Part shown: in pieces, positions 7,427-15,473 of the stretch
Numbering within the stretch: the stretch's first letter is position 1
Layout of the letters: each line of letters begins with the position of its first letter
Source: Crocosphaera subtropica ATCC 51142
GTDB taxonomy: Bacteria > Cyanobacteriota > Cyanobacteriia > Cyanobacteriales > Microcystaceae
Direction: 5' to 3'
NCBI RefSeq assembly: GCF_000017845.1
Contig: NC_010546.1
Span: forward strand, 4,650,001 to 4,682,000
DNA: 32,000 nt
Translations under genes and position numbers: made by a program
Notes under the pieces: generated by a model
Databases searched by the model: none
What the model was told of the DNA's origin: nothing
The model's input: only the letters and a program-made list of their open reading frames with translations

Positions 7427-9472
7427 TTACTGTTGTCTATGATACACAGTCATTAAATTTCCTTGAGCATTGTAAACTTCGATAGACTTACCAGTTTGAT
7501 TACTGATTTTTTGTAAGCGGTGTTCAAAGGTAGAAAGATGGTTGAGTAGTTCGACTTGAATTTGTAAATTCCCTTGTGCTTTTGCTTGTAACGCTGTCAT
7601 CCATACCTGCTCTAAATACTGGGATTCTAGTTTCATTTTTATTGATTCTTCTGTTATTTGATAATCACATATTTTTTGTTTCATGGTACACATGGTATCT
7701 AATTCTGCATTAATCGTTTTTGATTGTGTTAATTGATTTAACTGATTAGTAGCTTTGTTTAGGGATAAATTGTAAGTTGAAATAAACGGTTGAATTTGAT
7801 TGCCTTTAAAGGTATTTTGAGGAATTTTTTTAATATAAACCATAGCCATATTCCAGTAATTAACAGCTTGCGACCATTGATTATTTTCTTCGGCTTTTTG
7901 TGCTAAATTAGAATAATTGTTAGCTTCCTCATACAGTCTAACTGCTATTTCTTCTTGTTTTTTCCGTTGTTGCGCTCTTGTTTTATGGGATAAATAGGTT
8001 TTTAAAAGAGGACGAGAAGATTGATAAACTTTTGTGTTGGGTTGTATTTCTTGTAACCGTTTTGTCGCTGTTAACCAAGTATTATAAACCAATTCTAAAT
8101 CTTTTAATTGATGGGCAGTGTTTTCTCTTTTTTGAGCTAATAATGCTGCTTCCTCAGCTTGTTTTAAACTTTTCTGTGCTTGTTTTTCTAGGGCAATTTT
8201 ATTATTAATTTCTTCAATGCTTTGTGAATATTTTTCATGGTCTTTGTTTTCTACCTCATCTAAAAATTGATTATTTTTAATCGTTGTGATTGTTTTAATT
8301 CCTGTTTCTATTTCTTTTTTTGTTGTTTCTAATTTTTCGATAGATAAAGAAGAATTTTTATATAAATACATTGCTTCATCTATTTGCTCTCTTGCCGAAT
8401 TTAATAATACTATGTTGTTTAGCCTTTGTTGATATTTTCCTTTTAATTGAGAAGATTTTTGATGATAATCTGACCAAAAAGGAATCATGTCTAATAATTT
8501 AATAGCTGATTCTAACTTTATTCTAGCCATATTTAAGTCAGAATTAGAAGTATTATTATTTAATAAAATCTCAGTCTCATCCGAGAGTTTTTGAGCTTGC
8601 TTAATTTCTGAACATCCATTAAAAATACAAGGACGAGTTAAGCCATAAAAAATAGTTAACAGTGTCAAAGTTCCCAAAGTTCCACTAATTACTAACCATG
8701 ATAACTGATTAGATTTAAAGTTATTATGCAAAGACTTAATGAACCCTTGATACCAGTTCATTATTAAATTTTTATGTTTTTTTACAAAAAATCGCCTATC
8801 TTTGTTGAATAGTTGCCAAGCTAAAATTTCGAGCAGACTGGGTTGCTTACCTAAGTCTAAAAAACAATATTCCCCATTGATGTAATAGTAAATTTCAATA
8901 AAATAAGCGTGAGCTAAATTTTCTTGTTTTAAAATTTTATATAAAAAAGCTTCAATTTTTTCTAAATTGAGAGAATCATTATTATGAAAATCAACTAAAA
9001 TCAATAAAACTTCTCCTAAAAAACAATTAATCGATAACGGAATAGAACCTAATATGAATTTTGTTAACTGTTTTTTCAACAGTATTTCTAAGTCCGTTAA
9101 TCTAGTCGTATTAGGGATAGTATTGATCCTTACTATCTCTTCGCTATCATCAATTGTCCCATCTAGTAAACTGGATTGCTGATTTAAGTCTAAAAAACAA
9201 TATTTCCCATTGATGTAATAGTAAATTTCAATAAAATAAGCGTGAGCTAAATTTTCTTGTTTTAAAATTTTATATAAAAAAGCTTCAATTTTTTCTAAAT
9301 TGAGAGAATAATTGTTATGAAAATCAACTAAAATAAGTAAAACTTCTCCTAAAAAACAATTGACGGATAGTAGAACAGATCCTAAAGCCGATTTTTCTAA
9401 CTGCCTTTTTAAGAGTATTTCCAAGGTCGTTAATCTTGCCGTATTAGGGATAGTATTCATCGAGATCACCAC
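7427..9472 (-). CDS. Membrane-anchored protein of unknown function with a duplicated ~100-aa N-terminal domain and a long helical C-terminal region
   Basis: 681-aa ORF. Residues ~6-104 and ~117-215 are near-identical repeats. A hydrophobic segment LSWLVISGTLGTLTLLTIFYGL lies at ~aa 258-280. The remaining ~400 aa are Q/K/E/L-rich and helical-looking. No catalytic motifs seen. Confidence 0.75.
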   Translation of the reverse strand: MVISMNTIPNTARLTTLEILLKRQLEKSALGSVLLSVNCFLGEVLLILVDFHNNYSLNLEKIEAFLYKILKQENLAHAYFIEIYYYINGKYCFLDLNQQSSLLDGTIDDSEEIVRINTIPNTTRLTDLEILLKKQLTKFILGSIPLSINCFLGEVLLILVDFHNNDSLNLEKIEAFLYKILKQENLAHAYFIEIYYYINGEYCFLDLGKQPSLLEILAWQLFNKDRRFFVKKHKNLIMNWYQGFIKSLHNNFKSNQLSWLVISGTLGTLTLLTIFYGLTRPCIFNGCSEIKQAQKLSDETEILLNNNTSNSDLNMARIKLESAIKLLDMIPFWSDYHQKSSQLKGKYQQRLNNIVLLNSAREQIDEAMYLYKNSSLSIEKLETTKKEIETGIKTITTIKNNQFLDEVENKDHEKYSQSIEEINNKIALEKQAQKSLKQAEEAALLAQKRENTAHQLKDLELVYNTWLTATKRLQEIQPNTKVYQSSRPLLKTYLSHKTRAQQRKKQEEIAVRLYEEANNYSNLAQKAEENNQWSQAVNYWNMAMVYIKKIPQNTFKGNQIQPFISTYNLSLNKATNQLNQLTQSKTINAELDTMCTMKQKICDYQITEESIKMKLESQYLEQVWMTALQAKAQGNLQIQVELLNHLSTFEHRLQKISNQTGKSIEVYNAQGNLMTVYHRQQ
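8828..9457. repeat. In-frame tandem duplication, period 333 bp (111 codons)
   Basis: By-eye alignment of 8853 onward against 9186 onward shows about 124 bp with a single mismatch, then a few mismatches, then clearly diverged sequence. Confidence 0.9.
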
Positions 9473-9583
9473 TCCTCTATCATCGATTGTCCCATATTGC
9501 CATATTTATTGCCGTTATGGGTCAGGAACAAACCAGTTAAAACTTGTTCTGAATAATTATGAGTGACAAGGAGTAACCCAACA

Positions 9584-9895
9584 ATGCTTTATCTTCTCGA
9601 TTTTCAGGTCGAGTATGGCCCAGATATGACACAAAAGGATCTCTTCTCTGTATGGTCAAAAGAAGCAGAAGCCGCTTTAAACGCCAAAAAAGCGGGTGTG
9701 GTAGTAGATTTATGGAAATGCGTGGGAGAAAGAAGAGTTATTGCCATTGTTAATGTCGAATCCCCTGATATACTCGACCAAATCCTCTTTAGCTTACCGA
9801 TCATGAAAGCGATGGGACAATACGTTAACGTTAAAGTCACCTCCCTGCGTCGTTATGAAGACTTTGCTAACGATGTCAATCAATGGTTAACCTGA
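9584..9895 (+). CDS. Muconolactone delta-isomerase-like small protein
   Basis: The likely start is ATG 9584, preceded by AAGGAG at 9568-9573; the track's GTG at 9563 is probably an over-extension. The ~100-aa protein (MLYLLDFQV...DLWKCVG...LPIM) resembles the MIase fold family (CatC-like pattern ML..V....DM...LWR..G...LPL). Confidence 0.55.
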   Translation: MLYLLDFQVEYGPDMTQKDLFSVWSKEAEAALNAKKAGVVVDLWKCVGERRVIAIVNVESPDILDQILFSLPIMKAMGQYVNVKVTSLRRYEDFANDVNQWLT

Positions 9896-9970
9896 GTTTG
9901 ATATAAGGCAATTTATAGATAACGTCTCAAAATAGGAAGTCTCAAACTTTGATTCCCCCGTTGAAAAAAT

Positions 9971-10009
9971 CCTAACTCAGACCTCCGAACCCCTAACACC
10001 GAACTCAGG
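9971..10009. repeat. Degenerate heptamer array (CCTAACT CAGACCT CCGAACC CCTAACA CCGAACT)
   Basis: Direct reading. It lies between convergent genes and belongs to the same CCGAACT family as 6699-6730. Confidence 0.7.
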
Positions 10010-10030
10010 TTGGTTAAGGGACTTAGACAG

Positions 10031-10573
10031 TTAAGGACTGGTTTGATAATCAACGATCGCAATATTCCATTCTCCGAGTTGACTGGTTTGAAAGGCCACT
10101 TGAGAACCATCCCCCGTAATAGTCGGTTGTCTAACCGAACCCCGAACATTAGCGGTGAGTAAGGTTGATCGTTGTTGGTTGCGATCGTAAACCATAATAT
10201 CCGATTTACCCCGTTCGGTCGAAACATAGACTAAATATCGTCCATCAAAACTTAAGGCCGGTTGATCTTGACTCGAATCTCTGCGATTCAGATTAGGCAA
10301 AGAAACGAGACGCTTTTGTTGTAAATCAAAAAGATAAATATCTCGATGACCTTGACGTTCCGAAGCAAAAGCTAAAAAACGACCGTCTCCGCTATAGGTT
10401 GGGTATTCTTCGGGGGACTTACTATTGAGTCCTCCCGTCGGTATTTCCGGGGTAGTGAGAAGAGGATGACGACAACTACTTAGGATCATTCCTATTAACA
10501 ATGCTGGAAATATAAAAAGACGAAACCCCATTTGTAAGACATGATTATCTTGATTAAACAGAAAAAACGGCAT
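10031..10573 (-). CDS. TolB-like (PD40/WD40-like beta-propeller repeat) lipoprotein
   Basis: Three repeats of the pattern SxDGRxLAF/VS.R.G..DI..YD (SGDGRFLAFASERQGHRDIYLFD, SFDGRYLVYVSTERGKSDIMVYD, TGDGSQVAFQTSQLGEWNIAIVD). A signal peptide with lipobox ILSSC is present. An alternative start lies at M16 (10528). Confidence 0.75.
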   Translation of the reverse strand: MPFFLFNQDNHVLQMGFRLFIFPALLIGMILSSCRHPLLTTPEIPTGGLNSKSPEEYPTYSGDGRFLAFASERQGHRDIYLFDLQQKRLVSLPNLNRRDSSQDQPALSFDGRYLVYVSTERGKSDIMVYDRNQQRSTLLTANVRGSVRQPTITGDGSQVAFQTSQLGEWNIAIVDYQTSP

Positions 10574-10655
10574 CTACAATAGATGCCTTTTGTGGTTGAA
10601 ATCGTCAGTCAACTCCACTGATTAAAATCATTCTTGAGATTTTACCAGTTAGAAT

Positions 10656-10793
10656 TTACTTAAAACCAACAGCAGCTTGCCAAACGAAGGCTAAAGCCAA
10701 GAAAAATACAGGAATAACGGGTAGTACATCCACTAAGGGATCGAAAATTTGATAAGCTTCGGGTAATTTTGCTAAAAGGAATACTGCTTCCAT
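10656..10793 (-). CDS. psbK: Photosystem II reaction centre protein K
   Basis: My own translation gives [45 protein letters not shown] (45 aa). It carries the near-invariant PsbK signature [19 protein letters not shown]...[15 protein letters not shown] lies upstream of the ATG. The gene is too short for the supplied ORF track. Confidence 0.9.
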   Translation of the reverse strand: MEAVFLLAKLPEAYQIFDPLVDVLPVIPVFFLALAFVWQAAVGFK

Positions 10794-10852
10794 ATCGTTA
10801 TCTACCTTCCCAACTCTTTTATATTATGGATCACAAAACATCCTATCATAAA

Positions 10853-12526
10853 CTATGGTGATTGCTCATCTTCTTGTTGAGGCAAAGGTTCAAATACAGG
10901 ACAATAACCCTCTGGTGTTACTTTAAACCCATAAAGAGGGGATTGAGAATTCCAACAACGTTGACCTCGATAATGACGACAGGTTAAACAACAGTCTAAA
11001 TCATTGATCACCTTTTCGGTATTACTTTGACTAACCAGTTCCCGTTGAGAAATCCCCCGCAAAACCAACTCATCTCCTTGCCAACGGGCCTCCACCAGTC
11101 CGGTATCAGCAAAATAACGCCAGTGAGGATCATTGATAATGTTATGGGGCAAAGTAATCGTAATGTTTCTTTCTACATCGTTTAATTCTCCCTCATAAAC
11201 CCCAGGGGAAGGGGCTGCTGGTTGAATAAAGGTATCTCCAATGGGCAGTTCCACTAATTTTCCGGTGGAGGGAAGATGAAGTTGATAACGATTTTGTAAC
11301 TCTTCTAAACTGGTCAGATCCGTTAAATTAATGGGAGAACCATGAACAAAAATAATATGTTGGGGTCGTAAATTATGAATTAATTGAGTCGTGTTACGGC
11401 CATCGCTGTGTTCAGCCAAAACGTAAGACTCACTATGAATGGACACTCGTTCCATCAACCTGACAATTTCTGGTGATTCTAGGGTTTCTCCTTCATGGGG
11501 TGACGCAGGGAATAACATCACCCATAACCCTGACAGCAGATATCCTTCGTCATAAAGGGTAGTGAGATCATCGGTTAAAACAATGCAGGGAGTTTGTCCA
11601 ATTTTCCCCCGTTGTTGAGGGGTCAAACGACGTAAACGGGGACAAATTCGTTCATCCCAAAATAGGGGTTGATGTTTGGCAAAATTTTGCACCGATAAGG
11701 GAAATTCTGGCAGTAAATCTAAATAGCGATCGCAAGCATTAGCCACTTCCCCGTCCACCCAAATATCTAAGTCTCGTCCGGTAAACTGATGATGAGAACG
11801 CAATAATTTCAAAATTTCTTGTCCTAACCCCAAGGTTGGCACCGGTAACACCACACTATACCCATGAGTTAAACACTCGTGAATCCGTTGCATCAACTGT
11901 TTTTCCTGCTGACGACGGTGGGGATGGCGCATAGTGCCATAAGTGCCTTCAATAATTAAAATATCAGGGGATAAGCCCCGTAAGGCCTCGATGGATAGTC
12001 CTTCAACTAATTGGAGATTGGAGAGAGAAAAGTCCCCTGTATACAATAATTTATAGACACGTTCGACGGTGCGATAAGTCAAGAGGATACAGGCAGCCCC
12101 CGGTAAATGACCAGCCCGAAATAACTGTACTGTTAAATCATCAAATAACTCAAAGGGTTTTTCCCAAAATAACCCCTGACAAAAGTTAGCGGTTTTGGGG
12201 CTATTTTTTTCAGGCCAATTTAAAGGTAGTAGCTGTTTGGTGACATGACTAGCATAAATGGGTAAAGTAGGGAAGGTTTCATGAAGGGCTTTTAATCCTC
12301 TGGCATGATCACTATGGGCATGACTACAGAAAACTGCATCTACTGGGGGTTGGTTCTGATTAAGTAGGGGGGTGAGATCCCTTAAACCACAATCAAGCAG
12401 GAGACGATAAGGGCCTAATTGTACCTCCAGACAGACCCCTTCATGATCATGACCAACTCCATAGGGTAAACAGGCGAGACGGGTAGGACGATGCTCAGCT
12501 TTAGGAGGGCGTTGACTCATAGACAC
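10853..12526 (-). CDS. Metallo-beta-lactamase fold, beta-CASP-type hydrolase with a Cys-rich C-terminal extension
   Basis: MBL motifs are LLLDCG, HAHSDH, AGHLPGA and YTGDFS. The beta-CASP-like motifs are A (IIEGTYG), B (AEHSD) and C (FVHGSP). The C-terminal ~110 aa end in DCCLTCRHYRGQRCW...GYCPVF. Confidence 0.8.
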   Translation of the reverse strand: MSMSQRPPKAEHRPTRLACLPYGVGHDHEGVCLEVQLGPYRLLLDCGLRDLTPLLNQNQPPVDAVFCSHAHSDHARGLKALHETFPTLPIYASHVTKQLLPLNWPEKNSPKTANFCQGLFWEKPFELFDDLTVQLFRAGHLPGAACILLTYRTVERVYKLLYTGDFSLSNLQLVEGLSIEALRGLSPDILIIEGTYGTMRHPHRRQQEKQLMQRIHECLTHGYSVVLPVPTLGLGQEILKLLRSHHQFTGRDLDIWVDGEVANACDRYLDLLPEFPLSVQNFAKHQPLFWDERICPRLRRLTPQQRGKIGQTPCIVLTDDLTTLYDEGYLLSGLWVMLFPASPHEGETLESPEIVRLMERVSIHSESYVLAEHSDGRNTTQLIHNLRPQHIIFVHGSPINLTDLTSLEELQNRYQLHLPSTGKLVELPIGDTFIQPAAPSPGVYEGELNDVERNITITLPHNIINDPHWRYFADTGLVEARWQGDELVLRGISQRELVSQSNTEKVINDLDCCLTCRHYRGQRCWNSQSPLYGFKVTPEGYCPVFEPLPQQEDEQSP

Positions 12527-12655
12527 TTTTTTTCAGCCCTTGAGAGAGCTTAATTAGTATCAAGGATAACAAAGTTTCTTAATTGTATCGAATCTACAGT
12601 ATAAAGTTAATTATCTCAGCCATCAGTCATCAGGTAAATTTATTGGTCAGTGTTG

Positions 12656-12684
12656 CCTATTCCCTATTCCCTATTCCCTATTTC
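12656..12684. repeat. Heptamer array CCTATTC x4 (same family and orientation as 4566-4605)
   Basis: Direct reading. It abuts the stop codon of the hisD-like gene. Confidence 0.85.
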
Positions 12685-13980
12685 TTAATAATCTTCCCCT
12701 TCGACTAACCGTAAATTAATAGCATCAGCCGTTCCTGGCAACCCCTCTGCTAAGGCTAAAATTTCCAAGGCATTGGCTAATTTTTTCAGCGCAGTGGGAG
12801 CATATTCGATGAGATGGGAAGGTTTTAAGAAGGTTTCGACTCGGACAGAAGAAGCGTAACGAATTAAGCCCGAAGGGGGCAAAATTACACTCCCAGTTCC
12901 TAGATAATCCCCAACTGCTTTGGGGGTGTTATGTCCAATGAAAAGGCTACCGACGGCACGAATTTTCTCTATAATATCCCAAGGTTCGGTTAAAGCTAAC
13001 ATCCCATAATGAGGGGCAAATTCGTTGGTGATGTTAACAGCTTGTTCGAGGGACTCGACTATGATAATTAAGCTATAGTGGGCGATCGCTTTTTCGGATA
13101 AAATCCCGTGGGCGTTATCTTGTAATTTTTCTTGTACCTTGGTTTGAATTTTTTGAGCTAAACTGAAATCTGTTGTCAGGACAATCACCGCACTACTAGG
13201 GTCTTGTTCGACTTGTGCCAATAAGTCGGCAGCGACATAGGCAGGGTTGGCGGTTCGGTCAGCAATAATGAACAATTCTGAGGCATCGACGGGGGTATCG
13301 GTGGTGACGGTACCATAGACCATGCGTTTAGCTAAAATAACGTCTAATCCCCCAGTTCCTGTGATCACTTCTACTTTAGGGATGGTTTCTGTTCCATGCG
13401 CTAAAGCAGCGATGGCTTTTGCCCCTCCAATACGGTAAATTTGATTAACCCCACTCACTTGAGCAGCGACTAAAATATCAGGGGGAACTTTGCCGGTTTC
13501 ATCAGGGGGAGTCACAAGGATAATTTCCGGGACTTTGGCCATTTTTGCGGGTAGGGTTTGCATCAGTACCCGACTAATGGGGGACCCTTGATCCCAAGCG
13601 ACATAAATACCTGCCCGTTTGACTGGAGTATAGCGTTTGCCGACCACTACGTCATCGTCTTCAAATTTCACCCAAGGTTTAGGGAGTTGTTGTTTATAAA
13701 AGCTTTCTAATTTTTGACTAACGGTTTGGATAGCATCGAGTAATTCTTTAGGAATCTTTTGATAGGCTGCATCTAAGTCGGAACCACTCACCTTGAGGTT
13801 GGTGGGAGTGGTAAGGATGTCAAAGGGTTCAAAGAGTCCTTGATCGCCTTGGTGTTTAATTCTTTCGAGAATTTCTCCCACAGCAACTTCTTTTGCTTGA
13901 ATCTCGTCTCGATAAGGGCGATCGCGGATTCGTTGCAATTCTGTGTTTATCTCAGCTGACTGGGTGATGATTCGCAGCAT
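12685..13980 (-). CDS. Histidinol dehydrogenase family protein; divergent paralog with substituted active-site residues
   Basis: It aligns along its full length with HisD (IGGAKAIAALAHGTETIPKV, SELFIIAD, AADLLAQVEQD, GDY). At the positions of the canonical motifs QAEH, PEH, NHVLPT and AH it has QVEQ, PHY, SVILPP and GT. Confidence 0.8.
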   Translation of the reverse strand: MLRIITQSAEINTELQRIRDRPYRDEIQAKEVAVGEILERIKHQGDQGLFEPFDILTTPTNLKVSGSDLDAAYQKIPKELLDAIQTVSQKLESFYKQQLPKPWVKFEDDDVVVGKRYTPVKRAGIYVAWDQGSPISRVLMQTLPAKMAKVPEIILVTPPDETGKVPPDILVAAQVSGVNQIYRIGGAKAIAALAHGTETIPKVEVITGTGGLDVILAKRMVYGTVTTDTPVDASELFIIADRTANPAYVAADLLAQVEQDPSSAVIVLTTDFSLAQKIQTKVQEKLQDNAHGILSEKAIAHYSLIIIVESLEQAVNITNEFAPHYGMLALTEPWDIIEKIRAVGSLFIGHNTPKAVGDYLGTGSVILPPSGLIRYASSVRVETFLKPSHLIEYAPTALKKLANALEILALAEGLPGTADAINLRLVEGEDY

Positions 13981-14147
13981 GGAGTTTGATCACTTTGCTA
14001 TAGTCGCTAAGCCAGAATTTACATTCTTTCTCCACTTAAATTTAAGAAAGAAACTTGCTTCTAACCTTGGGTAGGACTGTTGTTAATCCTTTCCTTATCT
14101 AGCTTACCTTGTATTTTTGAAATTGTAGTCATCTGGAGAATTTTCTC

Positions 14148-14885
14148 CTAAGATTCTCCGTCAGATTCTTGATAAGCTGCCCCTAAATAAAGTTGTCCCA
14201 CTTTAGGATCGTTCAGTAATTCTTCTCCTGTTCCTTCAAAGCGATCGCGGCCATTTTCTAGAACGTAACCACGATCAGCCATCATCAGGGCTTTTTTGGC
14301 GTTTTGTTCCACTAAGACGATGGCTTTTCCGGTTTGATTGATGGCTTTAATTTGTTCAAAGACACTATTGACTAAAATAGGGGACAAGGCTGCTGAGGGT
14401 TCGTCTAATAATAATACGTCGGGGTCTAACATTAACGCCCGTCCCATAGCTAACATTTGTCTTTCGCCTCCGGAAAGGGTTCCTGCTTTTTGACGACGAC
14501 GTTCGGCCAGTCGGGGGAACATGGTGTATATTTTTTCTTTCTGTTGTTTTAATGACCCATGAGTGATAAAGGCACCCATTTCTAGGTTTTCTTCAATACT
14601 GAGGGTGGCAAAAACATTTTGTATTTGAGGGACGTAACACATTCCCAATTTAACAATTTGGTCGGATTTTAATCCTGTGATATTTTGTCCTTTAAAAGTG
14701 ATTTGACCTTCGTTGGTTTTGAGAAGACCAAAAATTGTTTTTACTAAGGTAGATTTTCCGGCACCATTAGGACCAATAACAGTCACTAATTCTCCTAAAG
14801 AAATACGAAAGTTAATGCCTTGTAAAATATTCAAATCTTTGACATATCCGGCATAAACATCCTTGACTTCTAAAATATTTTCCAT
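14148..14885 (-). CDS. ABC transporter ATP-binding protein, LivF/NatE (branched-chain/neutral amino acid) type
   Basis: Walker A is GPNGAGKST, the ABC signature is LSGGERQML and Walker B is LLLDEPS. The LivF-type N-terminus is LEVKDVYAGY. No permease gene is adjacent. Confidence 0.88.
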   Translation of the reverse strand: MENILEVKDVYAGYVKDLNILQGINFRISLGELVTVIGPNGAGKSTLVKTIFGLLKTNEGQITFKGQNITGLKSDQIVKLGMCYVPQIQNVFATLSIEENLEMGAFITHGSLKQQKEKIYTMFPRLAERRRQKAGTLSGGERQMLAMGRALMLDPDVLLLDEPSAALSPILVNSVFEQIKAINQTGKAIVLVEQNAKKALMMADRGYVLENGRDRFEGTGEELLNDPKVGQLYLGAAYQESDGES

Positions 14886-14938
14886 GTTTTCAATCGTTAT
14901 TACCCCAATCTACTTATTTTAAAATCATTGTTATTATC

Positions 14939-15166
14939 TTAGGATGGAGTTTTTTGTAAGTCGGGTCTTTCTTCTGGTACAATGGCTCCTTCAACGGGAC
15001 AAACTTGTAAGCAAATTCCACAATCAATACAGGTAGCAAAATCGATCCAATACCAGTCTGTTCCTTTGACATTTTTTCCTGGACCTTCATGGATACAAGC
15101 GACGGGACAAGCGTCTACGCAGTCGGCTACGCCTTCACAGGTTTCGGTTACAATGGTGTGTGGCAA
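14939..15166 (-). CDS. Small dicluster ferredoxin (Fe-S)
   Basis: The 75-aa protein has CEGVADCVDACP and CIDCGICLQVCP cysteine motifs. Confidence 0.85.
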   Translation of the reverse strand: MPHTIVTETCEGVADCVDACPVACIHEGPGKNVKGTDWYWIDFATCIDCGICLQVCPVEGAIVPEERPDLQKTPS

Positions 15167-15473
15167 CGTTATTCTCCTTTTTACAGTTCGGTTGTTTATT
15201 ATTTTAAACTATCTTGGTTATTATAGCACTTTTATAGTCCTTATTTAAAGGTGTATTTTCAATAAATAGCTATCAATAATTTTATAATTACAGTGATACT
15301 TATTTTTTATTAAATCAATATCTAGAGATAGCATTAAGGATTCAATTTATTTTATTTTATTAGATTTGAAAATGAGAATTAACTTGAAATCAGGGAACAA
15401 TTAAAAAGAAATTAGAGTCAATAAATTTTGATTATTCTAGTTTATTCTTTTTTACAAAATTATACCTTTAAAA

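Noticed and set aside
7978-8208. 76-aa + strand ORF inside the 681-aa gene
   Set aside because: It is antisense to the long ORF in very AT-rich sequence, and its F/L-rich translation is the expected artefact of T-rich DNA.
9360-9566. 68-aa + strand ORF overlapping the 5' end of the 681-aa gene
   Set aside because: It is mostly antisense to the duplicated N-terminal domain coding sequence and has no supporting signals.
9563-9583. GTG-initiated N-terminal extension of the muconolactone-isomerase-like ORF. Similar TTG extensions occur at 20355, 21623, 22479, 23525 and 25514.
   Set aside because: In each case a downstream ATG (TTG 22503 for chlL) has a better-placed SD-like sequence. For chlL, the conserved protein N-terminus also supports the downstream start. 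The extensions are artefacts of taking the first possible start codon.
9604-10227. Minus-strand ORFs 9604-9840 and 9913-10227
   Set aside because: The first is antisense to the 9584-9895 gene. The second runs through the heptamer array and overlaps the 3' end of the TolB-like gene in another frame. Neither has protein-like features.
54-12684. Short tandem repeat arrays (54-89, 2139-2168, 4566-4605, 6699-6730, 9971-10009, 12656-12684) considered as possible CRISPR arrays
   Set aside because: The period is 7 nt with no unique spacers, the arrays are only 30-40 nt long, and no cas genes are present. These are STRR-like microsatellite arrays.
14982-15248. 88-aa + strand ORF over the ferredoxin gene
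   Set aside because: It is antisense to a ferredoxin with intact Cys motifs. It is a shadow ORF.
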